Origin: a virus
Taxonomy: Duplodnaviria > Caudoviricetes
Reading direction: 5' to 3' (one strand)
IMG/VR virus record: IMGVR_UViG_3300038608_000027
Span: 1-59,369 of that record
Length of the DNA: 59,369 bases
This document shows positions 18,882 through 27,285 of this stretch, piece by piece. A program made the position numbers and the translations under genes. The notes under the pieces are model-generated. The model saw only the letters and a program-made list of their open reading frames with translations, was not told the origin of the DNA and made no database searches. The number at the start of each line of letters is the position of its first letter. The stretch's first letter is position 1.

Positions 18882-19918
18882 ACTTCAATTATTTCCTCCT
18901 TTTCCAAAGTTGTTGAACTTGGCAAACATATCCCTTTATTCCAGATATGTTCTGCATTAATTCCTTTAGTGAAATTATAATTTCTATATGCTTCCTGCTG
19001 TGAAAATGGTTTAAATACTGGCCTGGCTTGTACTCCTTCATCTAGTAAACCTTCTATGACCTCCCTTCTGTTACCCTCAACTAATACGCAAGTTAACCAC
19101 CAATTACTTTGACAATCTTCTTGTTCCTTTTGAAAAATATATTGTGGCAATTCTTGCCGGTATAGATGGTTTATTCTCTTTTTCTTTTCTATAAATTCTT
19201 TTCTTCTTTGTAATTGGGCAATTCCTAAAGCTGCTTGCAAATTCGACATTCGATAATTGTAACCTATTTCCTCATGGTCATATTCTAGCTGCCCTGGCTG
19301 CCTTCCCTGGTTTATTAATATTCTGGCCTTTGCTATTAACTCTTTATTGTTACTAGCAATTGCACCTCCACTTCCGGTAGTTATTATTTTATTGCCGTTA
19401 AAACTGTAAACAGCAATATTCCCTTTCCTTTTATATTTTGCACCTAAGGCTTCGCAGGCATCTTCAATAACAAATAATTTGTGAATATTAGCTAACTCCA
19501 TTATTTCTTCCATGCTAGAAGGATTTCCATAAAGATGAACAGGAATTATAGCTTTTGTACGTTTTGTTATAGCCTTCTCTATACTTGCCAGGTTGATTGT
19601 CCAAGTGTCATAGTCTACATCAACAACTACCGGCTTGGCCCCTGTATAAATTACCGCATTAACCGTGGCAACAAAGGATAAATCCGGTACAATTACTTCA
19701 TCTTCCCTACCAATCCCTAATAACATTAGAGCTAAATGTAATCCTGAAGTACCACTGTTAACGGCAACTACATGCTTAAAACCAACACATTCAGCAAGTC
19801 TTTTCTCAAAATCCTCTATAAAACGGCCAGTAGAAACGTACCCCTCATGAACTGCCATTGAAATATATCGTTTTTCACGTTCGCCAATATTAGGAATAGA
19901 TAATGGGATCACCGGCAA
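18845..19918 (-). CDS. legC: LegC-like PLP aminotransferase (DegT/DnrJ family)
   Basis: IPLSIPN, NSGTSGLHLAL, EDACEALG, SFNGNKIITTGSGG, GYNYRMSN; directly after legB. Confidence 0.8.
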   Translation of the reverse strand: MPVIPLSIPNIGEREKRYISMAVHEGYVSTGRFIEDFEKRLAECVGFKHVVAVNSGTSGLHLALMLLGIGREDEVIVPDLSFVATVNAVIYTGAKPVVVDVDYDTWTINLASIEKAITKRTKAIIPVHLYGNPSSMEEIMELANIHKLFVIEDACEALGAKYKRKGNIAVYSFNGNKIITTGSGGAIASNNKELIAKARILINQGRQPGQLEYDHEEIGYNYRMSNLQAALGIAQLQRRKEFIEKKKRINHLYRQELPQYIFQKEQEDCQSNWWLTCVLVEGNRREVIEGLLDEGVQARPVFKPFSQQEAYRNYNFTKGINAEHIWNKGICLPSSTTLEKEEIIEVCQTIKRLNPTS

Positions 19919-20874
19919 AAACCTTCCTTAAAAAGATACAGATTTTCTTTAAGCCAAGATATAGTTTCCTTCAAACCTTCCTCTAAAGTGTACTTCGGCT
20001 TCCAACCAGTTAATTCCCTCATCTTAGTGCCATCACAACATAACCTTTCAACTTCGCTGTTTTGTGGTCTTATTCTTTCTTTGGATTGGCAGCTAAGAAA
20101 TTCTTTATTAGTTAATTTAGCAATCATTTCAGCTAAAGAAACAATACTTATTTCTTCTTCACTTCCTATGTTAATTATTTCACCAATACATTTTTCGTTA
20201 AATCCTATTTTTATAATTCCCCTGACTGTATCAGCAATATAATTAAAGTTTCTTGTTGGTGCTAAATTTCCTAAACTCAATCCCTTGCCTTTTAATAATT
20301 GAGTAATTATAGATGGTATTACCGCTCTTGTACTTTGTCTTGGGCCATAAACATTAAAAGGTCGTGCAATAACGACGGGTAAATTAAATGACCGGTAATA
20401 ACTCAATGCCAATTGATCAGCAGCAATTTTTGTAGCTGCATAAGGTGATTGTGCGTTTAAAGGATGTTTTTCGTCTATAGGTATGTATTGTGCCGTTCCG
20501 TAAACTTCTGAAGTAGAAGTATGTATAACCATTGCACCTTTTCTATAAGCAGCTTCACATACGTTATAAGTACCCTCTAAATTAGTTTTAATATAAGCTA
20601 AGGGAGAAACATAAGAATAAGGTATACTGATTAAAGCAGCAAGATGAAAAACCTTTTCTACATCCTTAACTGCTTTTGATACAGTATCAATGTCTCGAAT
20701 ATCACCTGGACAAAACTCAATTTCTTTCTTTAAATCACTATAATCAAGCCAGCCATACCGGTTTTGCGAATTATAATGTATAAAGGCTTTGACGTTATGA
20801 CCTTGTCTAATTAATTGTTCAGTTAAATGCGAACCTATAAAACCTCCTGCTCCGGTAACTAATATTTTAGACAT
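19909..20874 (-). CDS. legB: LegB-like NAD-dependent NDP-GlcNAc 4,6-dehydratase
   Basis: GAGGFIGSHL, HLAALISIPYSY, TSTSEVYGTAQY, SPYAATK, RPQNSEVERL. Confidence 0.85.
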   Translation of the reverse strand: MSKILVTGAGGFIGSHLTEQLIRQGHNVKAFIHYNSQNRYGWLDYSDLKKEIEFCPGDIRDIDTVSKAVKDVEKVFHLAALISIPYSYVSPLAYIKTNLEGTYNVCEAAYRKGAMVIHTSTSEVYGTAQYIPIDEKHPLNAQSPYAATKIAADQLALSYYRSFNLPVVIARPFNVYGPRQSTRAVIPSIITQLLKGKGLSLGNLAPTRNFNYIADTVRGIIKIGFNEKCIGEIINIGSEEEISIVSLAEMIAKLTNKEFLSCQSKERIRPQNSEVERLCCDGTKMRELTGWKPKYTLEEGLKETISWLKENLYLFKEGFCR

Positions 20875-21702
20875 CTAATCCTTCCTTAGCAGATATTCTG
20901 CATAATTAAAATCATTATTTGTGTCAATATCTATTGACCTTTCCGCCGGCATTATATAAGGATATGTCTTGTCCGTATAATACACCCGCTGGTTTTTTAA
21001 TATATCATACCGGAAAATATATATTGCTCCATTAGGAATATAAAGCTGTTCTTCTTCTTGACGGTTTTTTAAGTTTTTTTCATCACCAAAATACTCCCGC
21101 AAAATTCCGTTTTCGTCAATACGCTTATACCATGAAATCGGTTGAGGCGCACAGGTTACGGAAATAACACTATCGGCTTTTTTTGCCTTAAATAAAACTA
21201 TAGCATTATCTATATCCTCAGCTACCCTAAAAGGTGAAGTAGGTAGTAATGCTGTGAACACTCCCTCCGCCTTAGAGGCGGGGGCTTTCAGGCAATAGCC
21301 AGAGACTGTGTTCCCAGTCTCAAATGTATTGTTAGTAATATAATCTTCCGCTTGTTTATGTGTATAAGGAAAAATAAATTCGCTTTTCTTGTTGACAGTC
21401 TCCATCACATGAAGATAAGTATTAATTATTTTTGAATCATCTCGCGCTAGTTCAACAGGACGTATAAGCACTTCCGCACCGTATGTTTTGGCAACTTCAG
21501 CTATTTCTTCACTGTCAGTTGAACAAATTATTTTGTTAACAAAAAAAGATTTTTTAGCAGCCTCGATAGTATAAGCAATTAAAGGTTTGCCATTTAACAA
21601 CTTAATGTTCTTTCCAGGCACTCCTTTTGATCCGCCCCGGGCGGGTATTATCGCCAGTATTTTAATTCCCCCTTTAAAACTTAAAACCCATCTTTCAACC
21701 AC
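20875..21702 (-). CDS. neuA: CMP-nonulosonate synthetase (NeuA/LegF family) carrying a ~39-aa in-frame insertion; true start may be a few codons downstream
   Basis: IIPARGGSKGVPGKNI, STDSEEI, LLPTSPFR, PNGAIY, SIDIDT. Confidence 0.88.
   Translation of the reverse strand: MVERWVLSFKGGIKILAIIPARGGSKGVPGKNIKLLNGKPLIAYTIEAAKKSFFVNKIICSTDSEEIAEVAKTYGAEVLIRPVELARDDSKIINTYLHVMETVNKKSEFIFPYTHKQAEDYITNNTFETGNTVSGYCLKAPASKAEGVFTALLPTSPFRVAEDIDNAIVLFKAKKADSVISVTCAPQPISWYKRIDENGILREYFGDEKNLKNRQEEEQLYIPNGAIYIFRYDILKNQRVYYTDKTYPYIMPAERSIDIDTNNDFNYAEYLLRKD
21254..21334 (-). mobile_element. 81-nt IS200/IS605 right-end-like palindromic element, copy 1 (in frame in neuA)
   Basis: Follows TTAC and ends in TTCAC. 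Two hairpins (gagactg/cagtctc and ccgcc/ggcgg). 78/81 identical to 23347..23427. Confidence 0.75.
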
Positions 21703-22712
21703 GCCAACACGATCTCCCTTTCAGTTTCCTGGCAAACCGGACACTGGTCTTGATCGTACCCTAATCTTCTAAACAGAGGAAGTTTGAAAATGGGTACAAC
21801 ATAGCCTCGTTTACACCCAAATATTTTATCATCAACCCTTGACTCGCCTTCAGTATAAGCATACCGATAAAATGAATGTTTACAGTCATCTCTTACATTT
21901 ACAGGAAAATGTATGGCAAGTTCTCTAACCCTTCTAAGTATCCCATCTAGTTTTTTTAATTGTTCTCTGGCAATAGCCGCTTGCAGCTCGGTCATCCGCA
22001 TATTCATTCCAACGAGAGTATCTTGTCTATATAATACTTGATACATATCGCCAACAACTGCTTCTGCATGGTTCATTAAAAGACGTAACTTGTGAGAAAG
22101 AAGAAAATCATCAGTAATTACAATTCCACCCTCCCCGCAAGTTAAATGTTTGTGATAATTTAAAGAATAAACCCCAATATCTCCTAATGTTCCGGCATAT
22201 TTTCCTTTATAAGTAGCTCCAATAGCCTGAGCAGCATCTTCAATAACATAAAGATTATGTTTTTTTGCAATAGCATTTATAGCCTCAGCGTCATACGGTT
22301 GTCCAAATAAATCCACTACGATAATAGCCTTCGTTTTATCAGTTATCTTTTCTTCTGTTTTTGCAGGATCAATACAATAATAATCAGGTTCAATATCTAC
22401 GAACACTGGTTTGCAGCCAAAATGTAAAGGCATTGAAGCACTGCAGCTCATACTATAAGGTGTAACTATACATTCATCTCCTGGCTTTAATCCAATAGCT
22501 GCACAGGCAAGCCAAAGGCCGCTCGTTGCACTGTTGCAGGCAACAGCATTTCCTGCATTAAAATATTTACACCATTCGTTTTCTAAGTCCTTAATTTCCT
22601 GTCCACCGTAAAAACCCGGTTCTCCCGATACATAATTTCCTACATAACCTGAAAGAATACCCTTCTCTAATACTCTTAAAACTGCCTCCTTCTCTTCTTT
22701 GCCAATGGCCAT
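21681..22712 (-). CDS. DegT/DnrJ/EryC1/StrS PLP aminotransferase (second copy)
   Basis: NSATSGL, EDAAQAIGA, SLNYHKHLTCGEGG, GMNMRMTELQAA. Confidence 0.9.
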   Translation of the reverse strand: MAIGKEEKEAVLRVLEKGILSGYVGNYVSGEPGFYGGQEIKDLENEWCKYFNAGNAVACNSATSGLWLACAAIGLKPGDECIVTPYSMSCSASMPLHFGCKPVFVDIEPDYYCIDPAKTEEKITDKTKAIIVVDLFGQPYDAEAINAIAKKHNLYVIEDAAQAIGATYKGKYAGTLGDIGVYSLNYHKHLTCGEGGIVITDDFLLSHKLRLLMNHAEAVVGDMYQVLYRQDTLVGMNMRMTELQAAIAREQLKKLDGILRRVRELAIHFPVNVRDDCKHSFYRYAYTEGESRVDDKIFGCKRGYVVPIFKLPLFRRLGYDQDQCPVCQETEREIVLAWLKDGF

Positions 22713-22748
22713 AAAATGCCCCCGTTCCTTTCGTAATCCTTTATGTTC

Positions 22749-23645
22749 CTAAAACCTGTAACATGTCTCCAAAGCACTTAATGCGTCAATTCCACTACAC
22801 TTTAAATCCTGCTGTCCCTTCAAAAACATATACATATTATCTACAACATTCCATGAATCATTATCACGATAATCCCAAACAGGTTGGTCTCCTACCATTT
22901 CCTCCCGCCAATGGTACTTTTCAAAGAATAGTTCAATCTGCCATACCCTATAATCTACTTTCACTTCTGTTACCTTAATGTCGGCTGCTAAATCAATAAG
23001 ATTATCCAGTCCAAACATCCAGTCTAAGAAAGAGGAAAAGTGCGAACCAGTGTGGATCAACCCTCTGTTATACTTCGCGCTGATATGAATAAGTTTTCCA
23101 TACTCACCATTCTTATATTTTTGTTTTATATTTTCATAATATGGTTGATAATTTCTAGTATAATTTACAGCCAAAGGTATACCTACATCTTTATACAATT
23201 TTACTATTTCCGTTGCCTGCCGTAAATCTTCACAAATTGGTTTTTCCACTATTACAAGCCTTAATGGATACTGGGCTAATTTTTTTAAAGGTTCATAATG
23301 AGCATTATCATTAGTAGCTACAACTGCAACGTCAATATTTTCTTTCGTGAACACTCCCTCCGCCTTAGAGGCGGGGGCTTCTAGGCAATAGCCAGAGACT
23401 GTGTTCCCAGTCTCAAATGTATTGTTCGTAAATGCCTCTCCGATTGAATGGTATGGAATACCACCCCAAATAGATTGAGCTTTTTTTGCCCTCTCATAAT
23501 CAATATCTACAAAACCGGCTAATTTAAATCCAAAGTGTTTAGTTAGAGCATGAGCAAAAGAAATATATTTATATTCTTTTCCACTTCCTGGCGCATCAGC
23601 CAAACAACCTTGGTTGCCACAACCCACGATTAATCCCTTATACAT
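22749..23645 (-). CDS. Gfo/Idh/MocA oxidoreductase carrying a 27-aa in-frame insertion
   Basis: IVGCGNQG, VEKP, VNYTR, GLIHTGSH. Confidence 0.85.
   Translation of the reverse strand: MYKGLIVGCGNQGCLADAPGSGKEYKYISFAHALTKHFGFKLAGFVDIDYERAKKAQSIWGGIPYHSIGEAFTNNTFETGNTVSGYCLEAPASKAEGVFTKENIDVAVVATNDNAHYEPLKKLAQYPLRLVIVEKPICEDLRQATEIVKLYKDVGIPLAVNYTRNYQPYYENIKQKYKNGEYGKLIHISAKYNRGLIHTGSHFSSFLDWMFGLDNLIDLAADIKVTEVKVDYRVWQIELFFEKYHWREEMVGDQPVWDYRDNDSWNVVDNMYMFLKGQQDLKCSGIDALSALETCYRF
23347..23427 (-). mobile_element. 81-nt IS200/IS605 right-end-like palindromic element, copy 2 (in frame in the oxidoreductase)
   Basis: gcattTAC|element ending TTCAC|gaaagaa; removing it restores EAFTKENIDV. Confidence 0.75.
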
Positions 23646-24657
23646 TTGTCAACTCCCTTGCAATTTCGTAATCTCTTAAATTACCAATGTCCAGCCAATA
23701 ATCCTTTAAAGGAAACATACTCACACGTCTTGCTATTTTGTTTATTAATGCTGGCAAACTATAGGCCTTACCCTTAGGTATTAACTTTAAACATTCTGTG
23801 TTTAAAACATATATCCCTGCATTAATCTGGTGAGTAAAAATAGGTTTTTCATTTATGGTTAATACGTTGTGGCGTTCATTTCTTTCTATCACCCCAAAAG
23901 GTACTTGATATGTATATTCATAAGTACATACTGTCGCTATATTGTTTTCTTTTCCATGAAAATCTAACAACGAACCAAAATCAACTTTCGTTATAAGGTC
24001 ACTATTCATCACAATTACCGGAAGATCACTTTTAATAGGCAGGTATGCCAATGCCCCCGCCGTTCCCAGTGGTTCTTTTTCGTCAATATAATTTATGGTT
24101 ATCCCCCGTTGACTGCCGTTACCAAAATAATCTTTCAACTGATTGGCTAAATAATGAACACAGAAATAAAAATCATGAAATCCTTGACTTATAAAATCTT
24201 CCAGTATGTATTGGAGAAAAGGTTTATCTCCAACCATAAGCATTGGTTTAGGCGCCTTATCTGTCAATGGCCTTAATCTTTTTCCGTATCCCCCTGCCAT
24301 TAAAACAACTTGGTTATCTTTCATACAAAAATCTACATCGTCCATAAGAATAACATCTAACAGTTTTCCTTGAGGGTCAATAACCGGCAGACAGCGAAGT
24401 TTTTGCGCCTTCATATAGGCTAAAGCCTTCTGTTCACCCTCACCATCCCATGCTTTAAAATCATGATTAATTATTTTCTCAATGCTCGTATCTAATGAAA
24501 CACCATCTATAACAGCTCTTCGTACATCGCCATCGGTTAAAATACCGACAAGCTTGTCCTGATGATCAACAATACATATAATACCTTCGCCAGTTGTATT
24601 TAATGCTTTAAGGGCTTCCCGGACAGTTATATTTTCTAATACGGCAAGTTTATGCAA
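23638..24657 (-). CDS. CBS-domain sugar-phosphate nucleotidyltransferase (PtmE/LegX-like)
   Basis: CBS domain GILTDGDVRR; MAGGYGKRLRPLT..PKPM; EPLGTAG; YWLDIG. Confidence 0.9.
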   Translation of the reverse strand: MHKLAVLENITVREALKALNTTGEGIICIVDHQDKLVGILTDGDVRRAVIDGVSLDTSIEKIINHDFKAWDGEGEQKALAYMKAQKLRCLPVIDPQGKLLDVILMDDVDFCMKDNQVVLMAGGYGKRLRPLTDKAPKPMLMVGDKPFLQYILEDFISQGFHDFYFCVHYLANQLKDYFGNGSQRGITINYIDEKEPLGTAGALAYLPIKSDLPVIVMNSDLITKVDFGSLLDFHGKENNIATVCTYEYTYQVPFGVIERNERHNVLTINEKPIFTHQINAGIYVLNTECLKLIPKGKAYSLPALINKIARRVSMFPLKDYWLDIGNLRDYEIARELTNV

Positions 24658-25693
24658 AGTCTTCCACCCCTAGTAATTCATCCTCTTTTATATCCCTTAA
24701 CGCTGTTTTGCCAACCACTGCCATAATAAACCCAGGTTCTAAACCAGTACCAGGCCGTTTGCAAGTCAAGTCCTCTTCCTTAATTACCTTGCCTTGAGGA
24801 ATACCACAAGCCGCCACTATGCTACGACGCATAGTTAATCTATTAGCTAATTCGTTATCTTTCAATCTACGAATACCATCGCTTAAGGAGAGATTAATTG
24901 TTCTAACAGAAGAAACCATTTGCCGCATTTCTTCCGGTGCTATAGATACAGCGCTGTCTAAGCTAAAAACCTCTTCTTCTGAACAGAAATGTTTTTCAAT
25001 AACTGCTGCTCCTAAAGCTGCCGCTCCTATTGCACCTAATGAACCCTTAGTATGATCCGAATAACCTACCGGATAAGAATAATTTTGCGCAAGCGTTTGT
25101 ATATAACGAAGATTTACCGTGCTATAAGGATTAGGGTAATCAGACACACAATGCAGTAAAATTATTTGTTTATTTCCCGTATTTTCAATAGTTTCCACCG
25201 CAAGCCATATTTCTTCTTCTGTCGCCATACCAGTTGACAGCATAATAGGTAAACCTTTATTTGCAGCGTAAGCAAGCAAGGGATAATTGTTTATATCCAT
25301 TGAAGCAATTTTAATATAAGGAGCACATAAAACATCTGCTAAAAAATCAACGTTTTCTTTAGAAAATACGGAAGCAGTGAAGTCAATTTTAATTTTATCG
25401 CAATAGGATTTTAGTTCTTTAAAACCATAAGCACGCAAACAATGTTCATTTAACTCTGTTTCCGTAATGCCTAATTCCGCAATAGCTTGTTTAGAGAATA
25501 AACTCCTCGGTGTCCACATCTGTACCTTTACAGCATCACATCCGCACTTAGCGGCTTTATATGCCAGAAATTTAGCTAAATCCAAACTTCCTAAATGATT
25601 ACTGCCAATTTCTGCCACAACATAAGGGAATTTATACATAGCAATTTCACGATTGCCGATTAAAATGGACATTTCTTTAGTCCCTCCCACCAC
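24650..25693 (-). CDS. neuB: Nonulosonic acid synthase (NeuB/LegI/PseI family) with C-terminal SAF domain
   Basis: AEIGSNH, KIASMD, LSTGMA, LHCVSDYP, GYSDHT, IEKHF, KRPGTG. Confidence 0.92.
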   Translation of the reverse strand: MVGGTKEMSILIGNREIAMYKFPYVVAEIGSNHLGSLDLAKFLAYKAAKCGCDAVKVQMWTPRSLFSKQAIAELGITETELNEHCLRAYGFKELKSYCDKIKIDFTASVFSKENVDFLADVLCAPYIKIASMDINNYPLLAYAANKGLPIMLSTGMATEEEIWLAVETIENTGNKQIILLHCVSDYPNPYSTVNLRYIQTLAQNYSYPVGYSDHTKGSLGAIGAAALGAAVIEKHFCSEEEVFSLDSAVSIAPEEMRQMVSSVRTINLSLSDGIRRLKDNELANRLTMRRSIVAACGIPQGKVIKEEDLTCKRPGTGLEPGFIMAVVGKTALRDIKEDELLGVEDFA

Positions 25694-26403
25694 ATTGAAT
25701 TTTTAATGGCAGGGTTAAGATAACCTCGATTTCGATCGTTCCGACGGTAAAAAGTAGCAGTATCATTTGTATAAACCGCCTTATTACCTGCCTGTAGCAC
25801 TAAGGTAAAAAAACTCCAATCAAAAACAAGCTTAAAATCAGGAATTTTATTTAAAAGTTCTTCATCGTAAACACTTACGGCAATAGCCGTATTTGACATA
25901 CCCAGACAATTCTTATCTCTTATAAAATCTTCCCCTATTATTTCCCCGTTTTTCAACCTGTCGGCAAACATGAACTTAGGTTGGATTAATCCTTCTGTAT
26001 CGAAAAACACAATTTCGTTAAAGACTACTTTATTCTCTGCGAGTAATGTTTTCGATGTTTTAATGCGGTCTCCTGCCATATAATCATCAGAATCCGTCAG
26101 AATTAATGCCTCGTATCCTTCCTCTTTCGCCCAGGCTAAGCCTGCTTTACGGTTTCGAGCAATAGTACCGTTAACTTGTTTAATTTTAACGTCAAATCGA
26201 TTAGGTGAAAAAAGGACTTTACATAGTACCTCTCCCCCTTTTTTTTCCGTGATTTGCTTCGCAAATAGTTCTTTAATATTCGCCTGGTCATTTACAATTA
26301 GAAAATCGAAGTCTTTATCAAGCTGTTGGTTTAAAGACGTTAGCAAATCATTAAAGTAAATCTCTACTCCAGGGTACGTAAAGGTCAAAACGGCCGTTCG
26401 CAT
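25660..26403 (-). CDS. GT2/GT-A fold glycosyltransferase-like protein
   Basis: SLNQQ..DFDFLIVND, LTDSDD (DxD), FDW, FYRR. Confidence 0.75.
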   Translation of the reverse strand: MRTAVLTFTYPGVEIYFNDLLTSLNQQLDKDFDFLIVNDQANIKELFAKQITEKKGGEVLCKVLFSPNRFDVKIKQVNGTIARNRKAGLAWAKEEGYEALILTDSDDYMAGDRIKTSKTLLAENKVVFNEIVFFDTEGLIQPKFMFADRLKNGEIIGEDFIRDKNCLGMSNTAIAVSVYDEELLNKIPDFKLVFDWSFFTLVLQAGNKAVYTNDTATFYRRNDRNRGYLNPAIKNSMWWEGLKKCPF

Positions 26404-26418
26404 AATTAGGTTCTCCTT

Positions 26419-26565
26419 TCAGCCTGTTGTTTTTGGCACATGATATACTGGAAATTCTTTTTCTTTCGCCTTTTCCCCCTCCTCATGACACTTTACTTCG
26501 ATAGTAATATACCCAAACGGCATGATTTTAAACTTAACATTACTTTTTGTCTGTACTTCTTTCAT
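26419..26565 (-). CDS. Small hypothetical protein, 48 aa
   Basis: AAAGGAGG RBS; MKEVQTKSNVKFKIMPFGYITIEVKCHEEG... Confidence 0.5.
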   Translation of the reverse strand: MKEVQTKSNVKFKIMPFGYITIEVKCHEEGEKAKEKEFPVYHVPKTTG

Positions 26566-26585
26566 GACTTAACCTCCTTTCAATA

Positions 26586-26614
26586 TTGACATTATACTCA
26601 TAATATGATATTAT
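26586..26614 (+). promoter_or_regulatory. SigmaA-type promoter of the recombinase, overlapping a palindrome (possible recombinase site)
   Basis: TTGACA-17-TATTAT; the spacer contains attat-actc-ataat. Confidence 0.65.
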
Positions 26615-26646
26615 ATATTTAGTAAAATATAAAGGAGGTATGTTTT

Positions 26647-27198
26647 ATGGAATTAGTACACCCGATTAGAGACAGAAAAAAAATTAAGGCAATGAAAAAG
26701 GCCCTTTTAGAAGGCCCGCAAGGTTGTCGCAATCATCTGCTATTTGTTTTAGGTATTAACTCTGGCTTGCGAATTAGCGACTTATTATCCCTTACCTTTA
26801 ACGACATCATTAACGGAAATGGTGTTAAAAGCAATATAAAAATGAGGGAAAACAAAACAGGAAAATTGAAAGACTTTCCATTGAGCAAAGTTTGTATTGA
26901 CGCAATCAATACTTACGTTACAAATAATCCTTACTCTGCTTTAAGTGATTTACTATTTCCTATCAGCCGTACCAGAGCATGGCAAATCATAAAGCAAGCG
27001 GCTATTAATGTAGGTATTGAGGAAAGAATAGGCACTCACAGTCTAAGAAAAACATTCGGCTATCATGCGTTTAAAGCCGGTGCAGACATCACTAGGATAC
27101 AGAAGCTGCTAAATCACTCAAGTCCAGGGATAACACTAGCGTACATAGGCATTACCAAAGATGAGTTGGATGGCATATATTTGAATTTGAATCTGTAG
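26647..27198 (+). CDS. Small tyrosine recombinase (catalytic domain only)
   Basis: GINSGLRISDLL, EKTGK-like motif, HSLRKTF, LNHSS, TLAYIG; 183 aa with no arm/core-binding N-domain. Confidence 0.92.
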   Translation: MELVHPIRDRKKIKAMKKALLEGPQGCRNHLLFVLGINSGLRISDLLSLTFNDIINGNGVKSNIKMRENKTGKLKDFPLSKVCIDAINTYVTNNPYSALSDLLFPISRTRAWQIIKQAAINVGIEERIGTHSLRKTFGYHAFKAGADITRIQKLLNHSSPGITLAYIGITKDELDGIYLNLNL

Positions 27199-27285
27199 TA
27201 CCGTATTTTTTTGTGGGAATTTTTATCGCATATATAAAGGGTTGGGGGGTGGTTTTGAACCCCCCGGCCTCTGGCTTGCTAGTTG

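Noticed and set aside
21254-23427. The 81-nt repeats as a CRISPR array, DGR repeat, intein or self-splicing intron
   Set aside because: Only two dispersed copies, no spacers or cas genes, no A-biased mismatches, no intein terminal residues, and too short for a group I/II intron.
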